Notes under the pieces: model-generated
Told to the model about the DNA's origin: nothing
The model's input: the letters and a program-made list of their open reading frames with translations, nothing else
Database searches by the model: none
Assembly: GCA_025457965.1 (NCBI GenBank)
Contig: JALOTJ010000001.1
Span: forward strand, 1,271 to 65,270
Source of the DNA: Spirochaetota bacterium
GTDB lineage: Bacteria; Spirochaetota; UBA4802; UBA5368
Reading direction: 5' to 3'
DNA length: 64,000 nucleotides
Shown here: in pieces, positions 27,195-37,956 of the stretch
How the letters are laid out: each line of letters begins with the position of its first letter
Position numbering within the stretch: the first letter of the stretch is position 1
Made by a program: the position numbers and the translations under genes

Positions 27195-29864
27195 TCAAAC
27201 ATACACCTCGCGCGGCTTGCTCCCCTGCTGGGCGCCGATGTAGCCCCGGTCCTCCATGAGCTCGATGATGCGCGCCGCGCGGTTGTAGCCTATCGAGAGG
27301 CGCCGCTGCAGGTACGAGGCCGAGGCCTTCTTGGTCTCCTCCACGATCTTGAGCGCCTCCACGAAGAGCTCGTCGTCATCGCCCTCGTCATCTCCCGACA
27401 GCTCCTCCTCGAAGATGCCCGCGTCGATGTCGATGTAGTTGGGGTTGCCGAGCGAGCGCAAATGCCTCACCACCACCTGGATCTCGTCCTCGGAAACGTA
27501 TGCGCCCTGGATGCGCACCGGAAACGAGCTCATGGGCGACTGGTAGAGCATGTCGCCCTTGCCGAGCAGTTTCTCCGCGCCGTTCTGGTCGATGATGGTG
27601 CGCGAGTCGGTCTTCTGCGCCACCTGAAACGCGATGCGCGCCGGAAAGTTCGCCTTGATGATGCCGGTGATAACGTCGACCGAAGGCCGCTGCGTGGCGA
27701 GCACCAGGTGGATTCCCACGGCGCGCGCCTTCTGCGCGATGCGCGTGATGAACCCTTCGATCTCCTTCTGAGCCACCATCATCAGGTCGGCGAGCTCGTC
27801 CATGATGACCACGATGTACGGCAGGCGCTCGTACGAGTCGCCGTAGCCGGCCACCTTCTGGTTGTAGCGTTCGATGTCGCGCGTGTTGATCTGCGACAGC
27901 AGCCGATAGCGCCGCTCCATCTCGTACATCGCCCACTTCAGCGCCTTCGGCGCCACGTGCGGCTCCACGATCACCGGCGTGAGCAGGTGCGGGATGCCGT
28001 TGTAGAGCTGGAGCTCGACCATTTTCGGATCGACCAGGATGAAGCGCACGTAGTTGGGGTCGTAGTTGTAGATGAGGCTGGTGATGATCGAGTTCACGCA
28101 CACGGACTTGCCGCTTCCGGTGGCGCCGGCGATGAGCAGGTGCGGGAGCTTCTTGAGGTCGAGCGTTACGGGCTTACCCAGAATGTCCTTGCCCAGGGCG
28201 ACCTTCAGGCTTCCCGGGTACGTCTGGTATTCCTTCGCGGTGATGATATCGCCCAGGTTCACCATCTCGCGCTTTCTGTTGGGAACCTCGACCCCTATGG
28301 CAGATTTTCCCGGAATCGGCGCGACGATGCGCACCCGCGAGCCCGAAAGCGCCATGGCGATGTCGTCCGAGAGGCCCACGATACGGTTCACCTTTATGCC
28401 GGGCGCGATCTGCATTTCGTAGAGCGTAATGACCGGCCCGCGGTTGACGTTCACCACGCGCGACTCGATCCCGAAATCGTTCAGGGTGTTTACGAGGAGT
28501 TCGGAGTTCTTGATGATCTCGCTCTTCCAGCTCTCGGCGTCCGATGCCGAAGAGGGCTGAAGAAAAGCCGCCGGAATTATATAATCGCGATTGATGGCGA
28601 TCGTCTCGAAGACGCGCGGCCCGCTTTCCTCGTCGCCGAAATCAAAGGTCTGCTGGAGCTCTCCCGCCCCTTTCTTCGCGCGGGCGTTCTCTCGCCCCGA
28701 AACCGCGCGTTCGGCTTCGCGCCGTTCGGAGTCTCCTGAATTAACCGGCGCGGCCGCTGCGGCATCTTCATCTTCCACCGATATCGCTTCGGGGATCGCC
28801 TCATCATCGGACGATGCGCTGAAGCGGATCCGGTTGGTCGCGATCTGCGCCTCGACGGGCCTCTCGCTGTAGTCAGGATCGCCCGTTTCCACGGACACCA
28901 CGGGCTCCTCTTCATCGATTTCGATGGACTCAATCGATTCCGCGGAGTACGGCGTTGCATCACGGGATTCCGTTTCCGCTTCCGATATCCGGGTATCACG
29001 CCATTCGGTCATATCGGGCGACCGCCGCATCTCCACGATGCCGGCATCGCGGGCGGTATCGACGCCCCTTCCATCATCATAATACGTCTGGCACCCTTCC
29101 GCCGTCCGAAGCTCTTCGCCGGCCGGGGGCGCGATAAATTCCAGAAGCCCTATTCCCCGCCGGGGCGCATCCTCCCCATCGGGCACCACCTTTCCATGCT
29201 GCACGCGCACCCGTCGTTTGACCACCCATGGCGGTTTCGCCGCCCGCTTCACGTTCTTCCTCATCTCCTCGTCGATGCGGGTAAGCGGCGCGGAATCCGG
29301 GTCCCGGCGGCGCTGCAGCATGACGAAGGCCCCGCGCACCGCCGCCTGAAGTTTCCCGCCCGGGTAGGCGATGAAAAGCGACGAGAGCGAGAACACGCCG
29401 AGCATCAGAAGCGCCGCAAGGTTGAGTACCACCACCACGAGCGCGCCGCCGACATTTCCCATGAAGTGAGATAAAAACTGCACGAGATACATCCCCACAT
29501 ATCCGCCCGCACGCTGGGGCACTGCGCCGTGTCCGAAGAGTGCGCAGAGCGCGGCAAAACTCACCAGCAGGAATGAGAGCGCGAAGATGCGCTCCATCGA
29601 CCCCACGATATTCCCACTCTTAACGACGTGCCATCCGGCGAGCACGATGATCGCAACCAATATATAAGAAGAAATTCCGAAAGATATGTGGAGGAAATTC
29701 GCGATCCACGCCCCGAACGGGCCCATCAGGTTGCCCACCGGCCTGCTCTCGGAGAGCAGACGGTAATCGTCGATCGAAAAACTCGCAAGCGCGAGCAGGA
29801 GCATCAGCGAAAAGAGAAAAATAAATACGCCGGTGATCTCCTGAAAACGTCGATCGCTGGACAC
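27195..29864 (-). CDS. ftsK: DNA translocase FtsK
   Basis: N-terminal TMs, acidic linker, PHLLIAGATGSGKS, ATQRPSVDVITG and gamma domain LQRRLSIGYNRAAR. Confidence 0.97.
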   Translation of the reverse strand: MSSDRRFQEITGVFIFLFSLMLLLALASFSIDDYRLLSESRPVGNLMGPFGAWIANFLHISFGISSYILVAIIVLAGWHVVKSGNIVGSMERIFALSFLLVSFAALCALFGHGAVPQRAGGYVGMYLVQFLSHFMGNVGGALVVVVLNLAALLMLGVFSLSSLFIAYPGGKLQAAVRGAFVMLQRRRDPDSAPLTRIDEEMRKNVKRAAKPPWVVKRRVRVQHGKVVPDGEDAPRRGIGLLEFIAPPAGEELRTAEGCQTYYDDGRGVDTARDAGIVEMRRSPDMTEWRDTRISEAETESRDATPYSAESIESIEIDEEEPVVSVETGDPDYSERPVEAQIATNRIRFSASSDDEAIPEAISVEDEDAAAAAPVNSGDSERREAERAVSGRENARAKKGAGELQQTFDFGDEESGPRVFETIAINRDYIIPAAFLQPSSASDAESWKSEIIKNSELLVNTLNDFGIESRVVNVNRGPVITLYEMQIAPGIKVNRIVGLSDDIAMALSGSRVRIVAPIPGKSAIGVEVPNRKREMVNLGDIITAKEYQTYPGSLKVALGKDILGKPVTLDLKKLPHLLIAGATGSGKSVCVNSIITSLIYNYDPNYVRFILVDPKMVELQLYNGIPHLLTPVIVEPHVAPKALKWAMYEMERRYRLLSQINTRDIERYNQKVAGYGDSYERLPYIVVIMDELADLMMVAQKEIEGFITRIAQKARAVGIHLVLATQRPSVDVITGIIKANFPARIAFQVAQKTDSRTIIDQNGAEKLLGKGDMLYQSPMSSFPVRIQGAYVSEDEIQVVVRHLRSLGNPNYIDIDAGIFEEELSGDDEGDDDELFVEALKIVEETKKASASYLQRRLSIGYNRAARIIELMEDRGYIGAQQGSKPREVYV

Positions 29865-30119
29865 GCACCGCCTCCGATAGTATTCGAATGAAGATTGCGC
29901 AAAGAAACCGCGCGAGGGCGTACCATGCCCCCTTCGTATGTCGAGCCCTGGTATAGTATCGGCAGTTTACGACCCGGGATTGAGGAGGAAACGGGGCCCG
30001 GGCAATAGCGGGAAAAGGCAAAAGTGGACATGATGTTCACCGCGCACCGGGCGGCACGCTGATCAAACGGACGCCGGAACGCGCGGTCGACGCCGGTCAT
30101 ACGCGCTCCCGGGAGCGCG

Positions 30120-31778
30120 CTATATGTCCATTACCTGTACTTCTATGAGGGGATTGCGCCTGGTAAGGCGGAAAATGGAGTTTTTAAGGTGCTTCCTTAA
30201 AAACACGGTGATCTCCTTCTCCTGCGCGCCATCGGCAAGCATCCGGTGCGTCTGCGCCTGCACATCGGCGCGGATGGCATCGATAACCTTGATGTTCTTG
30301 CCCGCCACAAACCCCTTCGCCACTATCTCCGGCGGACGGACGAGCATTCCCTCCGCCGTCACCACCGTCACCAGCACGATCCCCTCGGCGGACATGGACT
30401 TACGGTCGTGTATAACGCCGTTTCCCACGTCCTCGATGTCCTGGCCGTCAACGTATATCTGGTTGAGGTGAAGCTCACCCGTCTTCTCGAATGACTTTTT
30501 TGAGAGCTCCAGGATGTCGCCGTTGCCGGCGATAATGCATCTCGACGATTTGATTCCCAGCGATTCCGCAATACGCACGTGCGCGCGAAGATATCTGTAC
30601 TCACCGTGGATCGGCATGAAGAACTTCGGTTTGGTGAGCGAGATCATGAGCTTCAGCTCCTCCTGCGAGGCGTGCCCCGACACGTGCAGGTCCTCGTCCT
30701 GCTCGTAAAAGACCTCTGCGCCCATCCTCATGAGCGAGTTTATCACCGAATACACCATTCGTTCGTTTCCGGGAATGACCGAGGCGGTGATGATGACCGT
30801 GTCTCCCGGCCCGGCGGCGAAGTGACGGTGCGTGTTGGACGCCATCCTCGAGAGCGCCGACATCGGCTCGCCCTGCGACCCCGTGCAGATGATCACGAGC
30901 TTTTTCTCCGGCAGCGAGTTCGCCTCCGCCACTTCGATGATCAGGTCGTCGTGGTACTCGAGGTAGCCCAGGCTGCGCGCTATCTCCACGTTTTTCAACA
31001 TCGTGATCCCGCTGATGACGACCCGTTTGTTGTACTTCTGGGCGGCATCCAGCACCTGCTGTATGCGGTGTATGTTCGAGGCGAAAGTCGCCACGATGAT
31101 GCGGCCCCTGACCGAGGAGAAAATCTCGAAAAGCCTCTCGCTTAAGATGCTCTCAGAGCGCGTGTACCCCTTGCGAAGCGCATTGGTGCTGTCCGACATG
31201 AGCAGCAGCACCCCTTTCTCTCCGTATTCCGCGAACTTGTATATGTCGGTAACCATGCCGTCCACCGGAGAATAGTCGATCTTGAAGTCCCCGGAATGGA
31301 TGATGGTGCCCACCGGCGTGCCGATCGCGATGCCCGCGCCGTCGATGATTGAATGGTTGACCCGGATGAACTCAACCATAAAAGCGCCCACCTGCATTTT
31401 GTTGCCGGGCGTCACCTCTATGAAGGTCGGTTTCTGCCGGGGAGGCCGCTCTTCCAGCCTGCTCTGTATCAGCCCCAGTGTAAGCCGCATGGCGAAGACG
31501 GGCGCCGAGACCTCCTTTAATAAAAAGGGGATGGCGCCGATATGGTCCTCGTGTCCGTGGGTTATGATTATGCCCTTTATACGGTGACGGTTTTTAACGA
31601 TATACGAAAAATCGGGGATGATGAAGTCGATCCCCGGAGTCTCCTCGGTCGGGAACATGATGCCGCAGTCGACGACGATGATGTCCTCCCCGTATTCGAA
31701 GACCGTCATGTTTTTCCCTATGGCGTCAAGCCCGCCAAGGGGCATTATTTTTACGCACTGATCTTTGACCTGTTTCAT
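30120..31778 (-). CDS. rnj: Ribonuclease J
   Basis: [38 protein letters not shown] and HVSGH. Confidence 0.96.
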   Translation of the reverse strand: MKQVKDQCVKIMPLGGLDAIGKNMTVFEYGEDIIVVDCGIMFPTEETPGIDFIIPDFSYIVKNRHRIKGIIITHGHEDHIGAIPFLLKEVSAPVFAMRLTLGLIQSRLEERPPRQKPTFIEVTPGNKMQVGAFMVEFIRVNHSIIDGAGIAIGTPVGTIIHSGDFKIDYSPVDGMVTDIYKFAEYGEKGVLLLMSDSTNALRKGYTRSESILSERLFEIFSSVRGRIIVATFASNIHRIQQVLDAAQKYNKRVVISGITMLKNVEIARSLGYLEYHDDLIIEVAEANSLPEKKLVIICTGSQGEPMSALSRMASNTHRHFAAGPGDTVIITASVIPGNERMVYSVINSLMRMGAEVFYEQDEDLHVSGHASQEELKLMISLTKPKFFMPIHGEYRYLRAHVRIAESLGIKSSRCIIAGNGDILELSKKSFEKTGELHLNQIYVDGQDIEDVGNGVIHDRKSMSAEGIVLVTVVTAEGMLVRPPEIVAKGFVAGKNIKVIDAIRADVQAQTHRMLADGAQEKEITVFLRKHLKNSIFRLTRRNPLIEVQVMDI

Positions 31779-32209
31779 ATTCCGCTGTGACCGAATCCTC
31801 CGTCGTTTCTCTCCGTCCGCGCAAGCGAGTCCACCGCTATAAAATCCGCCCGGTACACCCGCGCGAACACCATCTGCGCAATCCGCATACCGTGCTCGAC
31901 CACAAAAGGCTCACCGCCCAGGTTCGCCAGGATCACCTTCACTTCGCCGCGGTAGTCCGAATCGATCGTCCCGGGCGTATTGAGGCAGGTGACGCCGTGG
32001 CGAAGCGCCAGGCCGCTGCGGGGGCGTATTTGCGCCTCGTAGCCCTCCGGTATCTGAATGGCGATGCCGGTCGGGATGAGGGCGACGGCGCCAGGGGCGA
32101 TCGCGACCGGTTCGTCAACGCGGGCGAACACGTCGGCACCGGCGGCGCCGATCGTCTGATAGGCCGGTATCGACGCGCCGGGCAGCACGGTAATCCTGAC
32201 CGGAATCAT
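31775..32209 (-). CDS. dut: dUTP diphosphatase
   Basis: [25 protein letters not shown] and [10 protein letters not shown]. Confidence 0.97.
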   Translation of the reverse strand: MIPVRITVLPGASIPAYQTIGAAGADVFARVDEPVAIAPGAVALIPTGIAIQIPEGYEAQIRPRSGLALRHGVTCLNTPGTIDSDYRGEVKVILANLGGEPFVVEHGMRIAQMVFARVYRADFIAVDSLARTERNDGGFGHSGI

Positions 32210-32380
32210 TCCGCGGTGCCTTCCCGCCGCTTCCGGAAGTGCAGGCGCCCTGTATTTCGGATCGATTTACTCACGGGAGGATAATCCACACACATCGCCA
32301 TAAGGGTAAACACTTTTTTTGATCGTAAATACCTTCCCCGTTCCTCCCGGCGCACCGGGGACAATTTATCCGTATCGCCC

Positions 32381-32409
32381 TTGACGCGATGGAGGCCCGG
32401 TGCTACTTT
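32381..32409 (+). promoter_or_regulatory. Sigma70-like promoter
   Basis: TTGACG-N17-TACTTT with an extended -10 TG, upstream of the CDS at 32446. Confidence 0.5.
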
Positions 32410-32445
32410 AAACGGAATACACCATCGAACGTCCGGCAGGATACC

Positions 32446-33717
32446 ATGATCAGCACGGGAATAAAGCATCTCGACAGGTTGATAAGCGGCATCAAACTCG
32501 GAGACAACGTGGTCTGGCAGATCGCCAACGCGGTTCCGGTCGAGTACTTCATTAAAAGCTTTTTCACCAAATCGAACGATTTTCAGAACTCCATCATCTA
32601 CATCAACTTCAATTATTCGCCGCACACCATCTGCAAGCGCTTCGACGACATTTTCAAGAACTTCAACTTCATTCTCATCGACGCCTTCACCAACGGCAAG
32701 GGCAACGGCGACCCGGTCTTTCTCGATTTTTACCACAACGAGGAAGACTACGACCTCTCGCGCGTCATCCGGATACAGGACCCTCGTGACATCAACTCCT
32801 TCATCGCCACCCTGAACGACGTCCAGAAGGAGCATCGCGACGGGTCGTTCTACATCTTCGACAGCCTCACCGGCATGAACGAGCTCTGGCGGGACGAGCG
32901 CTCCGTGCTCGATTTCTTCGCCTTCACCTGCCCCAAGCTCTACGAGATGAACACGATCGCCTACTGGATCCTCGAGCAGGAGGCCCATTCCAAGGAATTC
33001 ATCGCCGGCCTCACGCACATCACCCAGATCGTACTTTCGGTCTACAACACCAGCTCAGATTATTACGCGCTCAAGATCCACAAGCTCGAGGACCGCCCCT
33101 CGACGAACATCAGCACGCCTCACGCTTTCCGCATCATCGACAGGGAGATCAGCTTTGAAGAGTCCGCCGAGGGCGATATTTTTAAAATCGGCACCAAGGT
33201 GAAGGAACTGCGAAAAGCGGCAAACATCACCCAGGCCGAGCTCGCCGCGCGCCTGGGCATGACCCCGGGAGCGGTCTCACAGATCGAGAATGATCTCATC
33301 ATGCCTTCGCTCAACACTCTCGTTCATCTGGCCGCGATTTTCAAAAAGCCCATCGAGCACTTCGTCAGCGCCGGGCTCCTGGAGAACGGCAACCGGGGAT
33401 TCACCGTTTTCAGGAAAAAGGACGCACGCCGGTTCTCCTCGAAAAACGCCCTGGTCACGGGCCTCGCCGACGAAAAAAGACCTGACTTCGCGCCATATCA
33501 TGTAACGCTCGAGGGGCACCAGGCGGTCGAGGGGCCCATTCTCCTGCACAAGGGCAAGGAGTTCATCGTCGTGGTGAACGGTTCGCTTTCGCTCACGATC
33601 GACGGGGAGGAGCACCTGCTGCGCAAGGGCGACTCCATCCTCCTGGAGCGCTCCTTTGTGGAGAAATGGGGCAACCGCGGAAAGAACGACTGTGAATTCG
33701 TCTACATCCAGTTTTAA
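32446..33717 (+). CDS. Regulator: degenerate KaiC/RecA-like domain + XRE HTH + cupin
   Basis: ISTGIKHLDRLISG and YIFDSL; LRKAANITQAELAARLGMTPGAVSQIEND HTH; HKGKEFIVVVNG cupin. Confidence 0.8.
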   Translation: MISTGIKHLDRLISGIKLGDNVVWQIANAVPVEYFIKSFFTKSNDFQNSIIYINFNYSPHTICKRFDDIFKNFNFILIDAFTNGKGNGDPVFLDFYHNEEDYDLSRVIRIQDPRDINSFIATLNDVQKEHRDGSFYIFDSLTGMNELWRDERSVLDFFAFTCPKLYEMNTIAYWILEQEAHSKEFIAGLTHITQIVLSVYNTSSDYYALKIHKLEDRPSTNISTPHAFRIIDREISFEESAEGDIFKIGTKVKELRKAANITQAELAARLGMTPGAVSQIENDLIMPSLNTLVHLAAIFKKPIEHFVSAGLLENGNRGFTVFRKKDARRFSSKNALVTGLADEKRPDFAPYHVTLEGHQAVEGPILLHKGKEFIVVVNGSLSLTIDGEEHLLRKGDSILLERSFVEKWGNRGKNDCEFVYIQF

Positions 33718-33863
33718 CGCCATAAGCGCCCGGCCAGGAGCCATTGTCGTGGTGACATAATATTTACGCTTTTCCCCCGCACCAAAGCTGCCGATACTGT
33801 ATCAGTAGAACGGGGCCGTTCCCGGAGCGCGGAGAGGCGATGGTCTGACACAGCAGGAGGCAC

Positions 33864-34700
33864 ATGCGCAATCCCGCATCGCTCGAACGGTTCAACAACG
33901 CCCTGCGGCTTGAGAAGGAGGGGAACTACATCATGGCGATGCACGAATACATGGCTGCAATCGAAAGCGACGCCTCGAACAGGGAAGCGTACCTTAACCT
34001 CGGCTCGCTCTACTCACGGATGAACCGCCTCGGCGAAGCAATGGAGTGCTACCGGAAGGCGCTCGAACTGGGCGACGATTACCTTGTCCACTTCAACATG
34101 GGAAGCCTTCTCTACAAGACGGGTGAATACAAGCAGGCGGTACTCGCGCTTGAGAAGTCCAGAAGGCAGAACGGCTCGTTCACGCTCACCCTGCTCGTAA
34201 TGGGGCTTTCGTTCAGCCGCATGCGCAACCATGCGGCTGCGGAGTCCTGCTTCGCCCGGGTGCTCGAGCTGGACTCCGGCAACCGGGTGGCGCTCACCGC
34301 GCTCGCCATCATCGAACTGGACAGGAAGAACCACGAACACGCGCTCGAACTCATAGACCGTATCCTCGCGGCGGACTCCGCCAACGGCAGCGCGAGAAAA
34401 CTGCGCGCGGACGTCCTCTACCGCATGAACCGCCTTGACGAGTCCGCGAGCGAAATCAAATCGCTCAGGGACGAAGCAGACGACTACCGCTCCTACGACG
34501 ACTTCATCCGCTCGATCCCCCTCGAGATCTACACCGACCGGTATGGGACGATAGAGGACAAGATCGCCGCGCTGGGAGAAAAGGCCGCCCCCGGCGACCG
34601 GGACGGCCTGCTCAGCCTCAGCCTCTGCTATCTCCTCGCGGGGGATCCGGACCGGGCCATCGATCTTCTCTTCGAGGCGAAAAAGAGCATCCTTAACTGA
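33864..34700 (+). CDS. Tetratricopeptide-repeat protein
   Basis: Repeats such as AYLNLGSLY...EAMECYRKALEL; GGAGG RBS. Confidence 0.88.
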   Translation: MRNPASLERFNNALRLEKEGNYIMAMHEYMAAIESDASNREAYLNLGSLYSRMNRLGEAMECYRKALELGDDYLVHFNMGSLLYKTGEYKQAVLALEKSRRQNGSFTLTLLVMGLSFSRMRNHAAAESCFARVLELDSGNRVALTALAIIELDRKNHEHALELIDRILAADSANGSARKLRADVLYRMNRLDESASEIKSLRDEADDYRSYDDFIRSIPLEIYTDRYGTIEDKIAALGEKAAPGDRDGLLSLSLCYLLAGDPDRAIDLLFEAKKSILN

Positions 34701-34769
34701 AAAGGAGAAACGCTTTTCTCCGATAATGCTTGACATCCTCCATCGGAGCACCATAGGGTTCTCGCGGCG

Positions 34770-34843
34770 GGGCGATTAGCTCAGTCGGTTAGAGCGCCTG
34801 CCTCACATGCAGGAGGTCACTGGTTCGAGTCCAGTATCGCCCA
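34770..34843 (+). tRNA. tRNA-Val (anticodon CAC), CCA not encoded
   Basis: Acceptor stem GGGCGAT/ATCGCCC, D-arm GCTC/GAGC, anticodon arm CCTGC-CTCACAT-GCAGG, T-loop GTTCGAGT. Confidence 0.97.
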
Positions 34844-34966
34844 CAGCCCCGTAAGTCATCGTATCATACCGCGGTGGTTCGTGGAACCGGAAGTAAATAT
34901 AAAGACCCCTGCTCATCCGCATAATTGCGGCCAGAGCCGTCGAAAGATTCTCCAACAGGTACGGTG

Positions 34967-35173
34967 ATGAACATACCGGTTCTGCTCGATATCCTCGTCG
35001 GCAACAACGAGCTCACTCCCGAGCAGGCCAGACGGTCTCTCGCCATACAGAGGGACTCCAACAAGCTGATGGGCATGATCCTCGTCGAGGAGGGCTATAT
35101 CACCGGCGAAGTCCTGTGTAAATATCTCTCAAAGGAATACGAAGCCGCATTCGATCCGCGCACTCCCGATTAA
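34967..35173 (+). CDS. Small stand-alone MshEN-like protein
   Basis: Two 24-aa repeats VLLDILVGNNELTPEQARRSLAIQ and LMGMILVEEGYITGEVLCKYLSKE separated by 5 aa. Confidence 0.6.
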   Translation: MNIPVLLDILVGNNELTPEQARRSLAIQRDSNKLMGMILVEEGYITGEVLCKYLSKEYEAAFDPRTPD

Positions 35174-35461
35174 TCGTCGCCCCTGCCGTCCCTTCGGAAA
35201 TATTGACAGGAAAACCGGCTTTATTCACGGTCCAGCTTCAGCTATATCCGACCTGCCGTGTAACCGGATACTACGGGGCATTCCCCGCTACCGGCGGCGA
35301 GCGCCCCGATAATCAGCCGGTTCGCAGGAAGTCTATTGTTAATGAAAGGTAAAATAATCTTATTAGTTGACATTCCCCGCTTCCTTTCCTTGAATATATA
35401 GCCGTCCGGGATAGGTTGTATAGCATATACTCGCGAAATAACCTGCTCTGCGGGGTTTTCA

Positions 35462-36709
35462 ATGCACAGGACCGAAAACGTCATCGATATTCATGGAATT
35501 CTCGACAGGGGGGATATCGTAAGCTTTTTTCAGCCGATCGTCTCGGTTAAAAAGAAATCGGTGATTGGCTTCGAGGCACTGAGCCGTGGTCTCGCGGAAG
35601 CCGACGCCGGCATGGTCTCTCCGCAGTTGCTTTTCGAATCGGCCGAAAAGAAAGGTCTCGCCACCAGCCTCGACCGCCTCTGCCGGGTGAAGGCGTTCGA
35701 AAGCTTCGGCGGACTCAAGAACGATCCCGACAGGTACATTCTCACCGTTAATATCGACCCATCCATCCTCGACGAGGGCACGGTCGGCTCAAACCACCTC
35801 AGGGAGCTCTCCCGTTCGCTCGGCATGCAACCCGGCAAGGTGCTCATTGAAATCATCGAGTCGAAGGTCGTTAACACAGAGGCCCTTAAGAAATTCGTGG
35901 CCCTCTATCATGAGTACGGATTCCTCATCGCCCTCGACAATATAGGCTCTGGGCTGTCGAACCTTGACCGTATCTCGATCATAAAGCCCGACATCCTTAA
36001 AATCGACAAGTCGCTCGTCCGGGGCGCCGCCGATCAGTGTCACAGCAGCGAAATCATAAAATCGCTCGTCGCCCTTGCCCACCGCATCGGCTCGCTTGTT
36101 ATCGCCGAGGGCGTCGAAACGGCCGACGAGGCTGTCGTCGCACTCGCGCTCGGCGTCGACATGCTGCAGGGGTATTACTTCGCCGAACCAGGGCCGCGTA
36201 TGGAACCACTCATGGACGGCATCGATGAAAAAATCGAGGCCGTTGCCGCGAATTTCAAGGAAAGGACCGTTAAGCGAATCAATGCCAAAAAATTGCAGTA
36301 CCGCAGCTACAACCAGATCATCAATACGCTGATAAGCGAGCTCTCGCGCATTCCCGAAGAGGAATACGATGAGGCGCTCGGGGCGCTCATCAGACCGCAC
36401 CCCGAACTGGAATGCGCCTATATCCTGGACGAGGACGGCATACAGGCGAGCGACACTATCTTCTCCTCAGCGAGCGGTGGCGATTCAAAAGGATTCTTTT
36501 TCCAACCGGGGAACAGGGGCACGGACCAGTCGTCCAAGGACTACTACTTCTTGCTGGCGGCGGGGCTGCCCAAGTACACCACCGCGCCCTACATCTCGCT
36601 CGCGTCGCGGAACATCTGCATTACCATATCGGTCGCCTTCCGCGACGTCAATTTCCGCAAGCGCATCCTGTGCATGGACATCATACAGGAAAACGGCATC
36701 ACCGCGTAA
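35462..36709 (+). CDS. EAL-domain protein with a C-terminal YkuI-like domain
   Basis: FQPIV, GFEALSRG, IEIIE, DNIG, KID, AEGVET and QGYYF; C-terminal YILDEDGIQ...PYIS. Confidence 0.9.
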   Translation: MHRTENVIDIHGILDRGDIVSFFQPIVSVKKKSVIGFEALSRGLAEADAGMVSPQLLFESAEKKGLATSLDRLCRVKAFESFGGLKNDPDRYILTVNIDPSILDEGTVGSNHLRELSRSLGMQPGKVLIEIIESKVVNTEALKKFVALYHEYGFLIALDNIGSGLSNLDRISIIKPDILKIDKSLVRGAADQCHSSEIIKSLVALAHRIGSLVIAEGVETADEAVVALALGVDMLQGYYFAEPGPRMEPLMDGIDEKIEAVAANFKERTVKRINAKKLQYRSYNQIINTLISELSRIPEEEYDEALGALIRPHPELECAYILDEDGIQASDTIFSSASGGDSKGFFFQPGNRGTDQSSKDYYFLLAAGLPKYTTAPYISLASRNICITISVAFRDVNFRKRILCMDIIQENGITA

Positions 36710-36742
36710 GCAAACCCGTGCGGTTTATTAATCGGCCCGTCT

Positions 36743-37912
36743 TTACGGGGCCAGTTCACCCACACCCTCGCCGATGGTGCATTCGAAGACCTGCGGGGGG
36801 CCGCCGTACGCGCTCTGGAACCTCGCCCCGATCTCCCGTGCGAATTCCCCTGCGGCGGCGCCCGCCTCGAGCATGGTGATGGTGCACCCGCCGAAGCCGC
36901 CGCCCATCATGCGCGAACCGAAAACACCCGGCAGCGGAGCGGCCCATTCCACCAGCCGGTCCAATTCATCGATGCTCACTTCGAAATCGTCCCTGAGGCT
37001 TGCGTGAGACGCGTACAACAGGGCGCCCGCACCCGCATTGTCTCCGGAACGCATCAAACGATGAAAATCGAGCGCGCGCGCGTTCTCCGTCACCGCGTGT
37101 CGGGCGCGTTTCCGCTCCACGGCCGGCAGTTCGGGCGCCATCCGCTCATATTCAGCCGGGCCCAGTTCGCAGAGGTGATCGATACCGGCGCCCATGCCGC
37201 GCAACAGCGCGAGTGCCGATTCGCATTCACGGCGCCGGTCGTTGTAGCCGCTTTCGCGGAGCGAATGTTTGACCCCGCTGTTGACGAGCACAAAATGGAT
37301 GCGCGACGAATCGATAGTAAGATATTCGAACGAGAGGTCCCGCGTGTCCAGGAGCATGGCGCTGTCCTTTCTTCCGTGAATGACCGCGAACTGGTCCATT
37401 ATGCCGCAGGCGACCCCGGCATACTCCCGCTCCACGCGCTGTCCCAATTTCGCCAGCTCTACCGTATTGATGGGCAGGCCGAGCATCGAAAGCGCCCCGT
37501 ACAGCGTGACCGTGGTGACCGCAGCCGAGCTCGATACACCCGCTCCCGGCGGGATTGAGCTCAGGAAGCTCAGATCGAGGCCTTCATCCCAGTCGCTTCG
37601 GACCAGGGCAAGCGCCCCGGCCGGGTACAGCCAGACCTTCGGCACGACCGCACCTGCCCCGAAAAGTGAAAGCGGCAGATCGCCCGATGCATCGAAGCTT
37701 GCATCGTTAAAACGAAAGCGCTTGAGCGCATTTCTCGACATGCAGAGGTACACGGCCCTGTCGATAGCCGCGGGGAGGACATGACCGCCGTTATAATCGA
37801 CGTGCTCGCCGATGAGATTCATCCGCCCCGGACAGAAGAATACACGCACCGGACCCGTATCCGGGAAAACGGAACCGTGCCTCTCGATGAGCCGTTTCAG
37901 ATGATCGTTCAT
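36743..37912 (-). CDS. galK: Galactokinase
   Basis: PGRMNLIGEHVDYNGG, PPGAGVSSSAA, CGIMDQ and GSRMMGGGFGG. Confidence 0.96.
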   Translation of the reverse strand: MNDHLKRLIERHGSVFPDTGPVRVFFCPGRMNLIGEHVDYNGGHVLPAAIDRAVYLCMSRNALKRFRFNDASFDASGDLPLSLFGAGAVVPKVWLYPAGALALVRSDWDEGLDLSFLSSIPPGAGVSSSAAVTTVTLYGALSMLGLPINTVELAKLGQRVEREYAGVACGIMDQFAVIHGRKDSAMLLDTRDLSFEYLTIDSSRIHFVLVNSGVKHSLRESGYNDRRRECESALALLRGMGAGIDHLCELGPAEYERMAPELPAVERKRARHAVTENARALDFHRLMRSGDNAGAGALLYASHASLRDDFEVSIDELDRLVEWAAPLPGVFGSRMMGGGFGGCTITMLEAGAAAGEFAREIGARFQSAYGGPPQVFECTIGEGVGELAP

Positions 37913-37956
37913 GGAAGTTTACAGAACGTCGTTTAAGGGATTACCGCACAGCGCGA

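Noticed and set aside
30102..30119. Perfect 18-bp GC palindrome after rnj
   Set aside because: Single copy; most simply a 3' hairpin, with no evidence of a repeat family
32282..32290. Single DnaA-box-like TAATCCACA upstream of dut
   Set aside because: One isolated, mismatched 9-mer is expected by chance
34770..36709. tRNA-Val as a genomic-island attachment site
   Set aside because: No integrase and no duplicated tRNA 3' end seen in the window
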